Below the pieces are notes generated by a model. It was not told the origin of the DNA and searched no databases. It worked only from the letters and a program-made list of their open reading frames with translations. Positions 1 through 9,371 of a stretch of DNA of 64,000 nucleotides are shown here, piece after piece. The translations under genes were made by a program, and so were the position numbers. This DNA comes from an uncultured Candidatus Saccharibacteria bacterium (lineage in GTDB: Bacteria; Patescibacteriota; Minisyncoccia; UBA6257): assembly GCA_964618625.1 (NCBI GenBank), contig CAZUBI010000001.1:164781-228780 (forward strand), given 5' to 3'. Position 1 is the first letter of the stretch. Each line of letters begins with the position of its first letter.

Positions 1-10
1 TTCTATAATC

Positions 11-130
11 TTATTCCTTATCCTTTAATTTCTTCTTCATTATTCTTTTAATCGCCATTCTTCTGCCGAACCAAACCCCCAGCATCCCTATGGCGAACAA
101 AAATAAATATTTTACAAAATCATTTTCCAT
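11..130 (-). CDS. small single-TM protein (39 aa, below ORF-track cutoff)
   Basis: Hand translation MENDFVKYLFLFAIGMLGVWFGRRMAIKRIMKKKLKDKE*: hydrophobic helix plus basic tail; co-oriented with neighbours; 16-bp tandem duplication (119-134/135-150) over the start. Confidence 0.5.
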   Translation of the reverse strand: MENDFVKYLFLFAIGMLGVWFGRRMAIKRIMKKKLKDKE

Positions 131-150
131 AATTATCATTTTCCATAATT

Positions 151-849
151 TTACGCAATAAACTCTCCACCATCTACTGAATATATTCCACCAGTTACAT
201 AATTTGCTTCATCTGAAGCTAAAAAAGCTGCCACATTTGCAACATCTTCAGGTTTTCCAATTCTTCTCATCGGGTTTAACTCAGCATACTTATGAATCGC
301 TTCATCAGAAGAAAGAACTCTTCTTAACAAGGGAGTATCTATAGGCCCTGGCAATATCACATTTACCCTTACTCCCTCTGCAGCATACTCTTGAGCCATA
401 CATTTAGTAAGCATCACTATTGCTGCTTTAGTTGAACAATAAGCTGGAAATTCTGAATAAGGAATGCTGCCCGCAACTGAAGAAATATTAATAATATTGC
501 CTTTACTTTCTTTAATTAAAGGAAGCGCGTATTTAGAAATTAAATATGCTCCTTTAAAATTTACATCAATAATCTTATCCAATTGTTCTTTTGATGTTTC
601 TTCAACAGATGCTTGAAAAGAGATTCCTGCATTATTAACAACAATATCTAAATGTTTAATTTCCTCAAACGCTTTCTTAATTTGTTCCTCTTTGCTTATA
701 TCAACTTCATAAAAATCAACTTCATAATCTGGTTTTACAATGTCAAAGATTATAACCTTTGCCCCTTCATTTAAAAACCTCTGGGCAATAGCTTTTCCAA
801 TACCATTTGAACCACCAGTTACTAAAGCTACTTTTTTGTCTAATTTCAT
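151..849 (-). CDS. SDR family NAD(P)-dependent oxidoreductase
   Basis: TGGSNGIG Rossmann motif, NNAG, YCSTK (YxxxK), PG-PIDT. Confidence 0.95.
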   Translation of the reverse strand: MKLDKKVALVTGGSNGIGKAIAQRFLNEGAKVIIFDIVKPDYEVDFYEVDISKEEQIKKAFEEIKHLDIVVNNAGISFQASVEETSKEQLDKIIDVNFKGAYLISKYALPLIKESKGNIINISSVAGSIPYSEFPAYCSTKAAIVMLTKCMAQEYAAEGVRVNVILPGPIDTPLLRRVLSSDEAIHKYAELNPMRRIGKPEDVANVAAFLASDEANYVTGGIYSVDGGEFIA

Positions 850-888
850 ATTTTTATTTTAATTATTATTTTAAATTTAAAAAATGCC

Positions 889-1890
889 TTAAGTATTTAT
901 AAGATTTATGATTATTCTAATCAAAATATCTTTTTCTTTAGAATCACTTATTGCAACCAAAAGAGCTAAAGCAACTAAAGCATTATCATTTATTTTCTTC
1001 TCACCATTCTTGCGATAGAGATAGTTATTTTTATCTAAGAAATAAACAAACAAAAACGAAGCAATCCGCTTGTTACCATCTACAAATGGATGATCTTTAA
1101 TAGTAAAGTAAAGTAAATGCGCTGCTTTTTCCTCAATAGTTTTATACAATATTTTTCTATCAAATGTCTGGTATAAATTTTTAGCTATACCTTCAAATTT
1201 ACCTTCTGTCTCAACGCCAAAAAAACCACTGGCCTTTTTTTCTGCTATCAAATTCTTCCTTAATATAACAATGATATTCTTACAACTATTATATTCTAAA
1301 ACAAATTTCGCTTCTTTGCCTTTAGGCTTTTTTACTTTCCTTTTATCATACTGACTTAAAATACTAAGTGTTTTGGCGTAATTACCAAGTAAATCTAATA
1401 TCTCTTTTTCCTGACCTTTAAGCGTTTTCTTGCTTGATTTCTCCCGTAGAAAAGCAATAGCGCTTTGTAATTCATTAAACTTAGACCGAGTTTCTAATAG
1501 ACGTCTCTGATTAATGGTATAGCCATCAAAAATATGTTGTTTTAAAACCCTTGTTGCCCAAATTCTAAACTGTGTCGCTCTTTTAGAATTCACTCTGTAG
1601 CCAACAGAAATAATCATATCAAGATTATATTGATTCATTTGTCGAACTTTTCCATCGGCAGCAACCTGTGCAAAAATTGCACAGGTTGATTTTTCAAACA
1701 ATTCGCCACTTTTGTAAATATTGTGAATATGTTTTACAATCACGGTTCTATCAATATCAAAAATCTGCGCTATTTGATGCGCATTAAGCCAAATTGTTTC
1801 TTTCTCCAATTTAACTTTTACTTCAACTTCACCGCCTTTAGGCCGATAAATAACAATCTCACCTTTACTAATATCCTTTCCTTTTTTCAT
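889..1890 (-). CDS. RhuM/Fic-DOC fusion protein
   Basis: N-terminal RhuM-like YNLDMIISVGYRVNS..ATQFRIWA; C-terminal Fic motif HPFVDGNKR. Confidence 0.9.
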   Translation of the reverse strand: MKKGKDISKGEIVIYRPKGGEVEVKVKLEKETIWLNAHQIAQIFDIDRTVIVKHIHNIYKSGELFEKSTCAIFAQVAADGKVRQMNQYNLDMIISVGYRVNSKRATQFRIWATRVLKQHIFDGYTINQRRLLETRSKFNELQSAIAFLREKSSKKTLKGQEKEILDLLGNYAKTLSILSQYDKRKVKKPKGKEAKFVLEYNSCKNIIVILRKNLIAEKKASGFFGVETEGKFEGIAKNLYQTFDRKILYKTIEEKAAHLLYFTIKDHPFVDGNKRIASFLFVYFLDKNNYLYRKNGEKKINDNALVALALLVAISDSKEKDILIRIIINLINT

Positions 1891-1897
1891 AAAATTA

Positions 1898-2194
1898 TTA
1901 TACTACTTTTTTATTCTTTCCAAAAACTATTCTCAATTCTTTTTTGGCTTGTTCCAAAATCTTGCGTTGTTTTATATCAAGGTTTTTACCAGTACGATTA
2001 ATATAAAAATTGAGCATTGACATTGCTGATTGAAATGAAAAAGCTTTTCGTCTCTTACTTTCTTCAGCCGATCTTTTAAGCGATTGAGCAATACGTTTTG
2101 GATTCTTCCAAGTAAAAACACCTTCCTCTAAATCCAGAGCATTGCTCTTTAAAGTAACTTCTTTGGACCAATATTTTTCAGATTTTCCTGCCAT
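1898..2194 (-). CDS. DUF3175-like protein
   Basis: WSKEVT..SNALDLEEGVFT..SAMSMLNFYINR pattern. Confidence 0.75.
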   Translation of the reverse strand: MAGKSEKYWSKEVTLKSNALDLEEGVFTWKNPKRIAQSLKRSAEESKRRKAFSFQSAMSMLNFYINRTGKNLDIKQRKILEQAKKELRIVFGKNKKVV

Positions 2195-2199
2195 AAAAT

Positions 2200-2421
2200 T
2201 TAAAGCCCTTCTTTCTGGAACTTTTCTTCCTGTGTAGAATCTAATTTTCTAATTATCTTAATTAATTCAGCTACATGCTCTTTTTCATCATCTCTAATAT
2301 GACCTAATACTTTTTTAGCTTCATCATCGTCTATATCGTCAATATGCTCCTGATATTGATTAATAGCCCCTAATTCACCGACTAAATCTTCCCTTAAAGC
2401 TTTCAATGTTTTATTATCCAT
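2200..2421 (-). CDS. short ferritin-like/rubrerythrin-like protein
   Basis: EL.AINQY..H / IRDDEKEH di-iron ExxH motifs, 73 aa. Confidence 0.8.
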   Translation of the reverse strand: MDNKTLKALREDLVGELGAINQYQEHIDDIDDDEAKKVLGHIRDDEKEHVAELIKIIRKLDSTQEEKFQKEGL

Positions 2422-2428
2422 ATTTTTA

Positions 2429-2480
2429 TTATTTAACTTGTCCTGAGTTTATCGAAGGATTAATTTTCGACCTTTTTTGG
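2429..2480 (-). repeat. array repeat copy with 23-bp REP-like insertion (outside main array)
   Basis: minus strand AAAAGGTCGAAAATTAAT-CCTTCGATAAACTCAGGACAAGT-TAAATAA. Confidence 0.75.
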
Positions 2481-2662
2481 TCTTTAATAAACATTTCAAA
2501 GGAACGATCAAAAGTTTTTTCTGCTTCTTTTGAAAAACAACAAGCCAGCAATTCATTATGCGCCAAATGATATTTTATACATTCACAACAAATACCCTTT
2601 CTTGGACAATCAGGATAAGTACAAGGACATATTTTTAAATTTTCTTCTTTTTGACATTCCAT
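2429..2662 (-). CDS. Cys-rich small protein (DUF6485-like); C-terminus read through an array-type repeat
   Basis: CPCTYPDCPRKGICCECIKYH..ACCF; tail QKRSKINPSINSGQVK is encoded by the repeat plus its 23-bp insert. Confidence 0.7.
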   Translation of the reverse strand: MECQKEENLKICPCTYPDCPRKGICCECIKYHLAHNELLACCFSKEAEKTFDRSFEMFIKDQKRSKINPSINSGQVK

Positions 2663-2710
2663 AATAAATTCTCAATTTCTTCCTCTATAATATTTTAGCA
2701 TAAAACCTTT

Positions 2711-3775
2711 TTATTCTAAAAATTCATCTACTGCTTTAATAAACTTCAAAGGATCAACGCTCGCGCCATTTACTTTTATAGAAAGATGTAAATGAGGACC
2801 TAATGACCAACCAGTATTTCCAACAAGCCCAATTAATTCTCCTCTTTCTATCATTTTTCCTTCTGAAACTTTAAATTGAGAAAGATGTAAATATAAAGAA
2901 TAGATTCCTAAACCATGATCTATAATTATCGTATTTCCATAAACTGTTAATTCTTGAACAAGAGCTACTTTACCATTATTAATCGCATAAATTGGCGTTC
3001 CCACAATAACATCCAAATCCACTCCCAAATGCTGAATTGTAACATCTCCGTCTTTTCTAATGTTCCCAAAAGCTCCAACATCTATTATTTCCCCAAGTGG
3101 ATAAATAAATTTCTGGTTAAAATATGCTATAGGATTATATTTTCCTAAAACCTCATAAATGATAACTCCGTCTTTGGTGGCAATGGTTTTTGATATATTT
3201 GATGAAGTTAGGCCTTTTTCTTCCAATTCTGGCGTTATTACAATTTTAGTTATATAAAAATCCTTCTTTTTTACTGTTATTGTTTCTTCAATTTTTGATT
3301 CGCCAGAAAGAAAAATTGATAAAGAATACCCTCTAGGAGTTTTTTTTGCATCAATTCCCAGAAGAGCTATCCATTTTCCTTCTGATTCAGTTGGGAAAAA
3401 ATCAAATGATTTGTTATTAAATTTTCCAGTAATCTTTTCTTCTTCGGAAACATTTTCTGCCGTAATAATTAATGTATCTCCCTGCTCAAGCTCAGTAACT
3501 GATAATAAAACCGCAAAAGAAGATTTTATTAATTCTGTAGTAGTAGCAGTAGTTGTTGTAATAGTTGTGGTTACAGTAGTAGCTGCAGTAATGGTTGTAG
3601 TTGTTATTGAATCTTCATTAATAGTTATTTTTGCACTTAGTTTTTCTTCTGGCTGAATATTTTCAAACGACCATTTAGATGACAATTGTGAAATAAAAAA
3701 GATAATTCCTGCCAAAATCAAAAAAAACAAAAAGATTAATGTCTTTGCTGAATTTTTTCTTACAAATAAACCCAT
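2711..3775 (-). CDS. M23 family metallopeptidase, N-terminal TM and Thr-rich linker
   Basis: HLGVD and GPHLH zinc motifs, YGNTIIIDHG, poly-Thr linker. Confidence 0.9.
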   Translation of the reverse strand: MGLFVRKNSAKTLIFLFFLILAGIIFFISQLSSKWSFENIQPEEKLSAKITINEDSITTTTITAATTVTTTITTTTATTTELIKSSFAVLLSVTELEQGDTLIITAENVSEEEKITGKFNNKSFDFFPTESEGKWIALLGIDAKKTPRGYSLSIFLSGESKIEETITVKKKDFYITKIVITPELEEKGLTSSNISKTIATKDGVIIYEVLGKYNPIAYFNQKFIYPLGEIIDVGAFGNIRKDGDVTIQHLGVDLDVIVGTPIYAINNGKVALVQELTVYGNTIIIDHGLGIYSLYLHLSQFKVSEGKMIERGELIGLVGNTGWSLGPHLHLSIKVNGASVDPLKFIKAVDEFLE

Positions 3776-3782
3776 TTTTTAA

Positions 3783-3806
3783 TTTTCAATTAATTTTTTA
3801 CCTTTT
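3783..3806 (-). repeat. array repeat copy upstream of M23 gene
   Basis: + strand ttttcaattaattttttacctttt. Confidence 0.7.
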
Positions 3807-3831
3807 TATAAAATTCGGTTTATTAAAATAA

Positions 3832-3860
3832 TGAAAAACGCCCCATTGGGACGCTTTTCA
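3832..3860 (-). terminator. hairpin after ATP-cone gene
   Basis: tgaaaaacgcccc-att-gggacgcttttca imperfect inverted repeat. Confidence 0.4.
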
Positions 3861-3867
3861 TTTTTCT

Positions 3868-4149
3868 TTATTCAGCTTTTCTTTTACCTTCTTCATATTT
3901 TCTCCAAGCACTAGCTACAGCCGGTTCAACTCTATCCAACTCACTAAGAATAATCTCTCTAATTTCACTTGCAGCTATTTCCTCTCTATTTTCAATCATA
4001 GGAATTACTGAGGATGCAACTTGCTCTGCTACTTCACTTTTTCTCTCTTCTGGGATATCAGCCTGTCGAGCAGCACCAGCAATTGATTTTTTAATTTTTT
4101 CAGGATCAAATGGTTCTTTTGTCCCATTTTTTTTGATAACTTGAGCCAT
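3868..4149 (-). CDS. stand-alone ATP-cone domain protein
   Basis: VIKKNGTKEPFDPEKIKKSI..EIREII..L ATP-cone signature. Confidence 0.85.
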   Translation of the reverse strand: MAQVIKKNGTKEPFDPEKIKKSIAGAARQADIPEERKSEVAEQVASSVIPMIENREEIAASEIREIILSELDRVEPAVASAWRKYEEGKRKAE

Positions 4150-4290
4150 AATTTATTAAGAATTATCTATTAATTAATGTTAACGACCTTTGTTCCACTA
4201 TTTTAATTATACCAGATTTTCAAAAAAACTAATATATTAGTAAATCCAGATATCATTTTTCACTCAATCAATTTCTAATTTTTTATAAAC

Positions 4291-4319
4291 TTGACCTTCG
4301 TAATAGTTTATGGTATCAT
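4291..4319 (+). promoter_or_regulatory. sigma70-type promoter
   Basis: TTGACC-N17-TATCAT with TG extension. Confidence 0.55.
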
Positions 4320-4391
4320 TTTATACAAATAGCATATTGAAATCTTAAAACAAAATCTGATAAAAAGAGAAAAAAGAGGGGGTAAAAGAAG

Positions 4392-4598
4392 ATGCGAAAG
4401 ATACCAAAAAGGATTCGCAGATGCAAGTATTGTGGCTATAAAACCCATCATGCACTTTGGAAAGATAAAGTGTGCCCAATTTGCGAATCCGCCGAGGGTT
4501 ACTCAGAGAGTACCCACGGTGGACTAAATACAATTGAAATAGAGATTGAAAAACAGAAAGTTCTTTCAACAATTCAAAAGCGACAAGGGGGGCAGTAG
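4392..4598 (+). CDS. small zinc-ribbon-like hypothetical protein
   Basis: CKYC...CPIC; purine-rich RBS and upstream promoter. Confidence 0.6.
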   Translation: MRKIPKRIRRCKYCGYKTHHALWKDKVCPICESAEGYSESTHGGLNTIEIEIEKQKVLSTIQKRQGGQ

Positions 4599-4713
4599 TT
4601 AGTTCTCCGGCTCTCCTTGTCCTTACTTTCGTAGCCCGGAAAGCCCCAATACCTGACAATTAGATCTTGACAAAATTTTATCAATTCTTATAAAAAATAG
4701 GAGGTAGAAATTA

Positions 4714-4950
4714 ATGAAAGAATTTTTTCCTTTTAAAATCGAGAAAATTTTTTCTCGTATATTAGCGCTGCTAGGAATCCTACTCGTAATCTCTATTGTA
4801 ACATCTGTTATCTGCTTGATTATCATTATGTTTTCTCCAATAGAAAGATTAGCGGTCAAAAATATTGGTATAATGAGCTCAGATTCTACTATATATTTGC
4901 TCATAGCAATATTTACCATCTTTATAGTAGTTTATCATGAAAAGAAATAA
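4714..4950 (+). CDS. small 2-TM membrane protein
   Basis: AGGAGGT Shine-Dalgarno, two hydrophobic segments, TTGACA at 4667. Confidence 0.6.
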   Translation: MKEFFPFKIEKIFSRILALLGILLVISIVTSVICLIIIMFSPIERLAVKNIGIMSSDSTIYLLIAIFTIFIVVYHEKK

Positions 4951-4967
4951 TAAATCTCACTATCACC

Positions 4968-4998
4968 GCCCAAGGATAAGCTTATCCTTGGGCATTTT
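4968..4998. terminator. palindromic terminator between convergent units; marks end of cassette array
   Basis: gcccaaggataagcttatccttgggc is a perfect 26-bp palindrome. Confidence 0.75.
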
Positions 4999-5016
4999 AT
5001 TTCTCAATTAATTTTT

Positions 5017-5472
5017 CTACAATGATATTTTTTCTAAAACTTTCTCAAACCCCGGCAGTAATTTCAACTTTTTTGCGTCCCTCAATCTAATCCATTTATA
5101 ATCTTTTGCTTCCCAATTCAGTTTCACCTTATCTGTTCTTACCTTAACCAACACTGGATGAACAATCCATGTCTTCTTATATCGGAGCGCTTCCTGATGA
5201 AAAATCTCGCCCATACAAATGCTTTTTATTTCTTTTCCGCCAATACCTAGCTCTTCCTTTAATTCCTCTTTTACTTTTTGCTTAAGAGTTTTTTTATCAT
5301 CTAAAAATCCAGAAATGCCATTCCAATAACTCGGATAAAAAGCCAAATTTTCGCTTCGTTGAACAACTAATACTTTTCCCTTGTAATTCAAAACACAATT
5401 TATTACTGGCACCCAATGCACTTCAGTATAATCAATTTGCCCTGGTTTTGGTTTAAATTTAATCTTTTTCAT
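5017..5472 (-). CDS. NUDIX hydrolase (copy 1)
   Basis: Nudix-box-like GISGFLD..KVKEELKEELGI; protein identical to 9372..9827. Confidence 0.85.
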   Translation of the reverse strand: MKKIKFKPKPGQIDYTEVHWVPVINCVLNYKGKVLVVQRSENLAFYPSYWNGISGFLDDKKTLKQKVKEELKEELGIGGKEIKSICMGEIFHQEALRYKKTWIVHPVLVKVRTDKVKLNWEAKDYKWIRLRDAKKLKLLPGFEKVLEKISL

Positions 5473-5566
5473 ATTATTAACACAATAAAACTATAATAAA
5501 TTTTATTTCTCAATTAATTTTTGACGTTTTTTGAATTAACGAGGTCTGACCTCCAAACTCATGTCC

Positions 5567-6163
5567 TTAAATGAGTTTATGGGCTTCAAGAAAATTCCTT
5601 ACTTTTTGAAAAATTTTATTATGGCCCTTCGCATTTGGATGAAGGCCATCTTCAAAATCGCTATTTTCCAGAAGACCTAATATATCCAGAAACAAAACAC
5701 TGTTTTCTTTGCACACTTTTCGTATTATCTCGTTATAAGTCTTGATGTCTTTGTTTGTGTAATAAATATTCCGCCAAGGCACAGGCATTGTTTTCGATTC
5801 ATCGCAATTTTTAAAACCAATGAAGATAATATTATCGGTAATTCCATGCGCTCTTTTGATAATTTTTTCTAAATTCGCCTTGAACTCACTATGTAACACT
5901 TGGTGATTGCCTTCAGTATGCTCATAGGCGGCATCATTTCCGCCTGTTTGGAAAATCAAAACATCGGCTTCTCTTATCTTTGCTTCTGATTCAAACCGAG
6001 CAAGAATTGTTTTGGTTGTGCCATCAGAGATACTAAGATTGTAAACTTCGTTATCAGTATCTTTTTCTGCCAAGTGCAACCAAAGACGATTTACCCAACC
6101 GCCTTTTTCTATATCCCATGCACCCCAAGCGGTGCTAGTGCCAAAAATACAAAATGTATGCAT
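5567..6163 (-). CDS. GDSL/SGNH hydrolase
   Basis: FGTSTAWG block I, GGND block III, DGLHPN block V. Confidence 0.9.
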   Translation of the reverse strand: MHTFCIFGTSTAWGAWDIEKGGWVNRLWLHLAEKDTDNEVYNLSISDGTTKTILARFESEAKIREADVLIFQTGGNDAAYEHTEGNHQVLHSEFKANLEKIIKRAHGITDNIIFIGFKNCDESKTMPVPWRNIYYTNKDIKTYNEIIRKVCKENSVLFLDILGLLENSDFEDGLHPNAKGHNKIFQKVRNFLEAHKLI

Positions 6164-6216
6164 ATAATTTTCAATTAATTTTTGAGGTTTTGGTTTTTAA
6201 GCCAGATGGCTTGAAT

Positions 6217-6249
6217 TAGATGCTTGGAGGTTGAACCTCCAAGCATCTA
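6217..6249. repeat. REP-like hairpin
   Basis: tagatgcttggagg-ttgaa-cctccaagcatcta, 14-bp perfect stem; related GAGGTCTGACCTC at 5541-5553. Confidence 0.7.
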
Positions 6250-6256
6250 TTGTCTT

Positions 6257-6481
6257 CTACCTTTCAGAACCACCTAGACAAAATGCACAATTGTCATAAC
6301 CTTCATTTTTTGCTTGTTCTAAAGTATCGGGATCAAAAACCACTGCATTACCAGCTTCTATAATTTCATTAATTTGGCATTGCTCCTTTTCATTTTTAAG
6401 ATCGTGAACCTCCATATGACCAGAACTACTATTTCCTAAATATTTTTTATCAATCGGGCGACTACTAATTGGAATTGCCAT
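6257..6481 (-). CDS. small hypothetical protein, possible metal binding
   Basis: GN..EVH..C..GYD.CAFC pattern resembling Ada-type metal-binding mini-domains. Confidence 0.6.
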   Translation of the reverse strand: MAIPISSRPIDKKYLGNSSSGHMEVHDLKNEKEQCQINEIIEAGNAVVFDPDTLEQAKNEGYDNCAFCLGGSER

Positions 6482-6555
6482 AATCTTATTTTTTATTTTT
6501 ATTTTATTATTTTCGACCTTTTGAATTATTTTTCAATTAATTTTTGACCTTTTAG

Positions 6556-7146
6556 TTATTTCTCGACTTTAAACGGTTTTCCGTGGCCAGGAATTATATA
6601 ATCTGCAAATGCTAAAACTTTCTTTCTGCTATTTACTAAATCTTCTTCATTTTTTACATAAGGGTCTTGCAACTCTATTAGACTTCCTTTATCGGTTTTC
6701 TGTTCCTGGCTATCTTCCCACCAAAAAACATCGCCAGCTATTGCCACCTTTCCAAGATTCTCATCTTGAACTAAAACAGAGCAATGGAACATATCGTGCC
6801 CAGGGGTTTTAATTATTTCAATATCAGTTCCAGGAATTTTACCTCCATGTGATTCTATTTTTCCATCCCAGGAATAAATGTCCTCATTATCCAAAATTTT
6901 TGCCTTTTCAAAAACTCCAGCTAAAAGTGAATGGTCTAAATGATAATGCGTAAGAATTACGTAATTAATTTTATCTGGAGATAAATTTTCTTTTCTTAAA
7001 GCCTCTAATAATAGCTCCCTATTCGTTCCAGGGTCAACAATGATCTTTAAATCTACTTCTTGAATTAAAGTAGTTGATGATGAAGCAAATTCAGCACCGT
7101 CTTTTTCTCTTGCATAACCTTCAATTAAAATTTTAACTTTCGCCAT
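6556..7146 (-). CDS. MBL-fold metallo-hydrolase
   Basis: THYHLDH, TPGH, AGD, IIPGHG; start set at ATG 7146 downstream of the repeat. Confidence 0.9.
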   Translation of the reverse strand: MAKVKILIEGYAREKDGAEFASSSTTLIQEVDLKIIVDPGTNRELLLEALRKENLSPDKINYVILTHYHLDHSLLAGVFEKAKILDNEDIYSWDGKIESHGGKIPGTDIEIIKTPGHDMFHCSVLVQDENLGKVAIAGDVFWWEDSQEQKTDKGSLIELQDPYVKNEEDLVNSRKKVLAFADYIIPGHGKPFKVEK

Positions 7147-7199
7147 AGTTTTATTTTTATTTCTCAATTAATTTTTGATGTTTTGGTTGGATTTTAGTT

Positions 7200-7257
7200 T
7201 GTGGATAAATGGGCTTGACAACAGGTGTATTCTTGATACAATTTAACTAGAATACAC
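7200..7257 (+). promoter_or_regulatory. DnaA-box-like site plus promoter antisense to the array
   Basis: TGTGGATAA 7200-7208; TTGACA-N16-TACAAT 7215-7242; inverted repeat GTGTATTCT/AGAATACAC around the -10. Confidence 0.55.
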
Positions 7258-7286
7258 ATGAAAAACACCTCTATGGGTTTCGTCCC

Positions 7287-7787
7287 TTAGCGGTGTTTTT
7301 CTTTATACTCGAGTTTTTTTCTTAAATTAGCCATAAAAAATATCTTTTCTTTAGCTGTCTTTTTTAATAAAACCGAGCAAGTCCTGATATATGGGCTTAT
7401 CACACAATTAAGCTTATTGTTTTTGTATAAATGTTTAACTAAAGAATAAAAATCTCCGTCGCTTGTAACAATTACGGCTTTATCATATTTCTTATAATCA
7501 ACCATTACTTGTAAAACTAAATCCGCGTCCACATTGCCTTTAACTTCCCCGTTTTTATCGGGTAGTGTTGGTTTAAAAATTAGAACATAACCATCCCTTT
7601 GTAATGAAGAATACAAATCTTGGTTAGCCGGAATATAACCAATAAATAGATAAACTGTTGACACTTTATACTTTTCCTTTAAATAAATTCTAAATCTTCG
7701 ATAATCCAATTTCCAACCCAAACTTTGAATTCCTAAGTTAAGATTTTGACTATCAATAAAAGCAAAATTGTTTTCTTGTTTCTTCAT
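7287..7787 (-). CDS. NYN domain (PIN-like) ribonuclease
   Basis: FIDSQNL, KGNVDADL, TSDGDF acidic motifs. Confidence 0.9.
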   Translation of the reverse strand: MKKQENNFAFIDSQNLNLGIQSLGWKLDYRRFRIYLKEKYKVSTVYLFIGYIPANQDLYSSLQRDGYVLIFKPTLPDKNGEVKGNVDADLVLQVMVDYKKYDKAVIVTSDGDFYSLVKHLYKNNKLNCVISPYIRTCSVLLKKTAKEKIFFMANLRKKLEYKEKHR

Positions 7788-7860
7788 AAGTTTTATTTAC
7801 GAGATTCGACCTCATAATACCTACTTATTAACATTTTAACATAAAATGCTAATTTATAAT

Positions 7861-7886
7861 AAAATCCCCAAAAATTTGGGGATTTT
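7861..7886. terminator. hairpin between NUDIX and NYN genes
   Basis: aaaatccccaaa-aa-tttggggatttt inverted repeat. Confidence 0.6.
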
Positions 7887-7941
7887 AACTTTTTATTTTA
7901 ATAAAACATAAGCACTCAAGGAGAACTGTTCTCCTTTATTC

Positions 7942-8385
7942 TTAATTCTTTTTAAACCAACTAATAGCTTCGTCTATCATTGAGCGATAATCTTCTATTT
8001 TAACATAATTGAAAAATTCATCTGATGGTATAAATTTTCTTTCCTTCACTGTCCCTGAATCAGGATCAATTGTGCGTGGTTTTTTCTTGTCCAATAAAGC
8101 AGCAAATCTAAGCTGATAAATGGTAGGTTTATCTGAAATAACTTCATAATATCCAATCATTATATTTTCACCAATAATTACATCAGCCTCTTCCTCAAGC
8201 TCACGTTTTAATGTTTGCTCTGGCGTTTCATTATTTTCTGGCTTTCCTCCTGGAATATTCCAACTTCCATTCGAGTGACGAATAATTAAAATATTTCCTC
8301 CATTATCAAAACATATACCATATACTTGAGTAATTGGTTTTAAAGAAAAATGATCTGTAGTTTTATGCCAAATAAATTTCTTCAT
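7942..8385 (-). CDS. NUDIX hydrolase
   Basis: PGGKPENNETPEQTLKRELEEEA Nudix box. Confidence 0.9.
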   Translation of the reverse strand: MKKFIWHKTTDHFSLKPITQVYGICFDNGGNILIIRHSNGSWNIPGGKPENNETPEQTLKRELEEEADVIIGENIMIGYYEVISDKPTIYQLRFAALLDKKKPRTIDPDSGTVKERKFIPSDEFFNYVKIEDYRSMIDEAISWFKKN

Positions 8386-8400
8386 TTGTATTTTAAATTC

Positions 8401-8796
8401 TTACTTCCCAGTTAATTTTTGACCTTTTCGTTTACCAAAATCTGGACCAGAAATGAAATATAAACCAAGTGCAATACCCAAATAATAATGAATTCTACCA
8501 CCTTCTATTATAATCAGCGCTAAATTAACTATTACCATTAAAATTCCAATGATCAGAAAGCCCTTTTTGATTTTAGCGGTCGTTATATACCTGCGATATC
8601 TAGCACCAAGAAACATAGACATTGGCAAAACTACTATAAGCATTCCTACAGCAATAAGAACCGCCTTAACAGGTATTCGCCCACCATACGCAATAAAAAC
8701 AAGAAATAAACCAAATGCAGCCGCTGCCGCCGTATTTACTAAAATCTTTTTGATAAGAAGCTTATTATCAATTTTTGGTAGTTGATTATTTTCCAT
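8401..8796 (-). CDS. 4-TM membrane protein
   Basis: four hydrophobic segments; ends GQKLTGK* inside a repeat copy. Confidence 0.75.
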   Translation of the reverse strand: MENNQLPKIDNKLLIKKILVNTAAAAAFGLFLVFIAYGGRIPVKAVLIAVGMLIVVLPMSMFLGARYRRYITTAKIKKGFLIIGILMVIVNLALIIIEGGRIHYYLGIALGLYFISGPDFGKRKGQKLTGK

Positions 8797-8803
8797 ATTT
8801 TTT

Positions 8804-9346
8804 TCAATTAATTTTTGAAATTATTTTAATTACCTTATTTGATTTTTCTTTCCAGCTTTTAAAAGATTTTATTCCAATATCCCACGAATTAAGTCCTTTT
8901 CCGACTATAAAATTCTTTTTATAAAAATCGCTTGTTTTTATATCTAAACTAATAGTTCTTTTACTCTGATCAACTATAATCCAATGTTCATTAACATACA
9001 CCTCTATAACACAATGCCCCCTGTTTTTAGGGTTTAATTTATCTATACCCATTATATATTTTGCAGGAATTCCTACTGCTCTGCATAGCGTCGCAAATAC
9101 TAAGGCATTATCATGACACCCTGTAGTAAAACCATCTTCCAAAACCTTATTAACATTTCTCCTAGCAAATATCTTTAGTATCTTTTTATAATCTTTACAT
9201 TGTTTAAGGTTTTTATCCATCCATCGAATAATACTCTCTATTTTTTCAAAATCATTTCCTGAAAATTTAGAAACTAATTTTTTAATTGATTTAGTAACCT
9301 TGCTTTGTTTTCCTTCTTTTAACCAAATTTTTATATTTTCTTTCAT
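8804..9346 (-). CDS. transglutaminase-like protein
   Basis: GCHDNALVFATLCRAVGIPA, GHC..EVY..WIIVD (Cys-His-Asp); ends SKIN* in repeat. Confidence 0.85.
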   Translation of the reverse strand: MKENIKIWLKEGKQSKVTKSIKKLVSKFSGNDFEKIESIIRWMDKNLKQCKDYKKILKIFARRNVNKVLEDGFTTGCHDNALVFATLCRAVGIPAKYIMGIDKLNPKNRGHCVIEVYVNEHWIIVDQSKRTISLDIKTSDFYKKNFIVGKGLNSWDIGIKSFKSWKEKSNKVIKIISKIN

Positions 9347-9371
9347 ATTTTAAAATTCTCAATTAATTTTT

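Noticed and set aside
3535-3610. Low-complexity triplet repeat
   Set aside because: Encodes an ordinary Thr-rich linker of the M23 peptidase.
7934-7960. Possible 19th repeat copy at the 3' end of NUDIX 7942..8385
   Set aside because: Too degenerate to separate from AT-rich background by eye.
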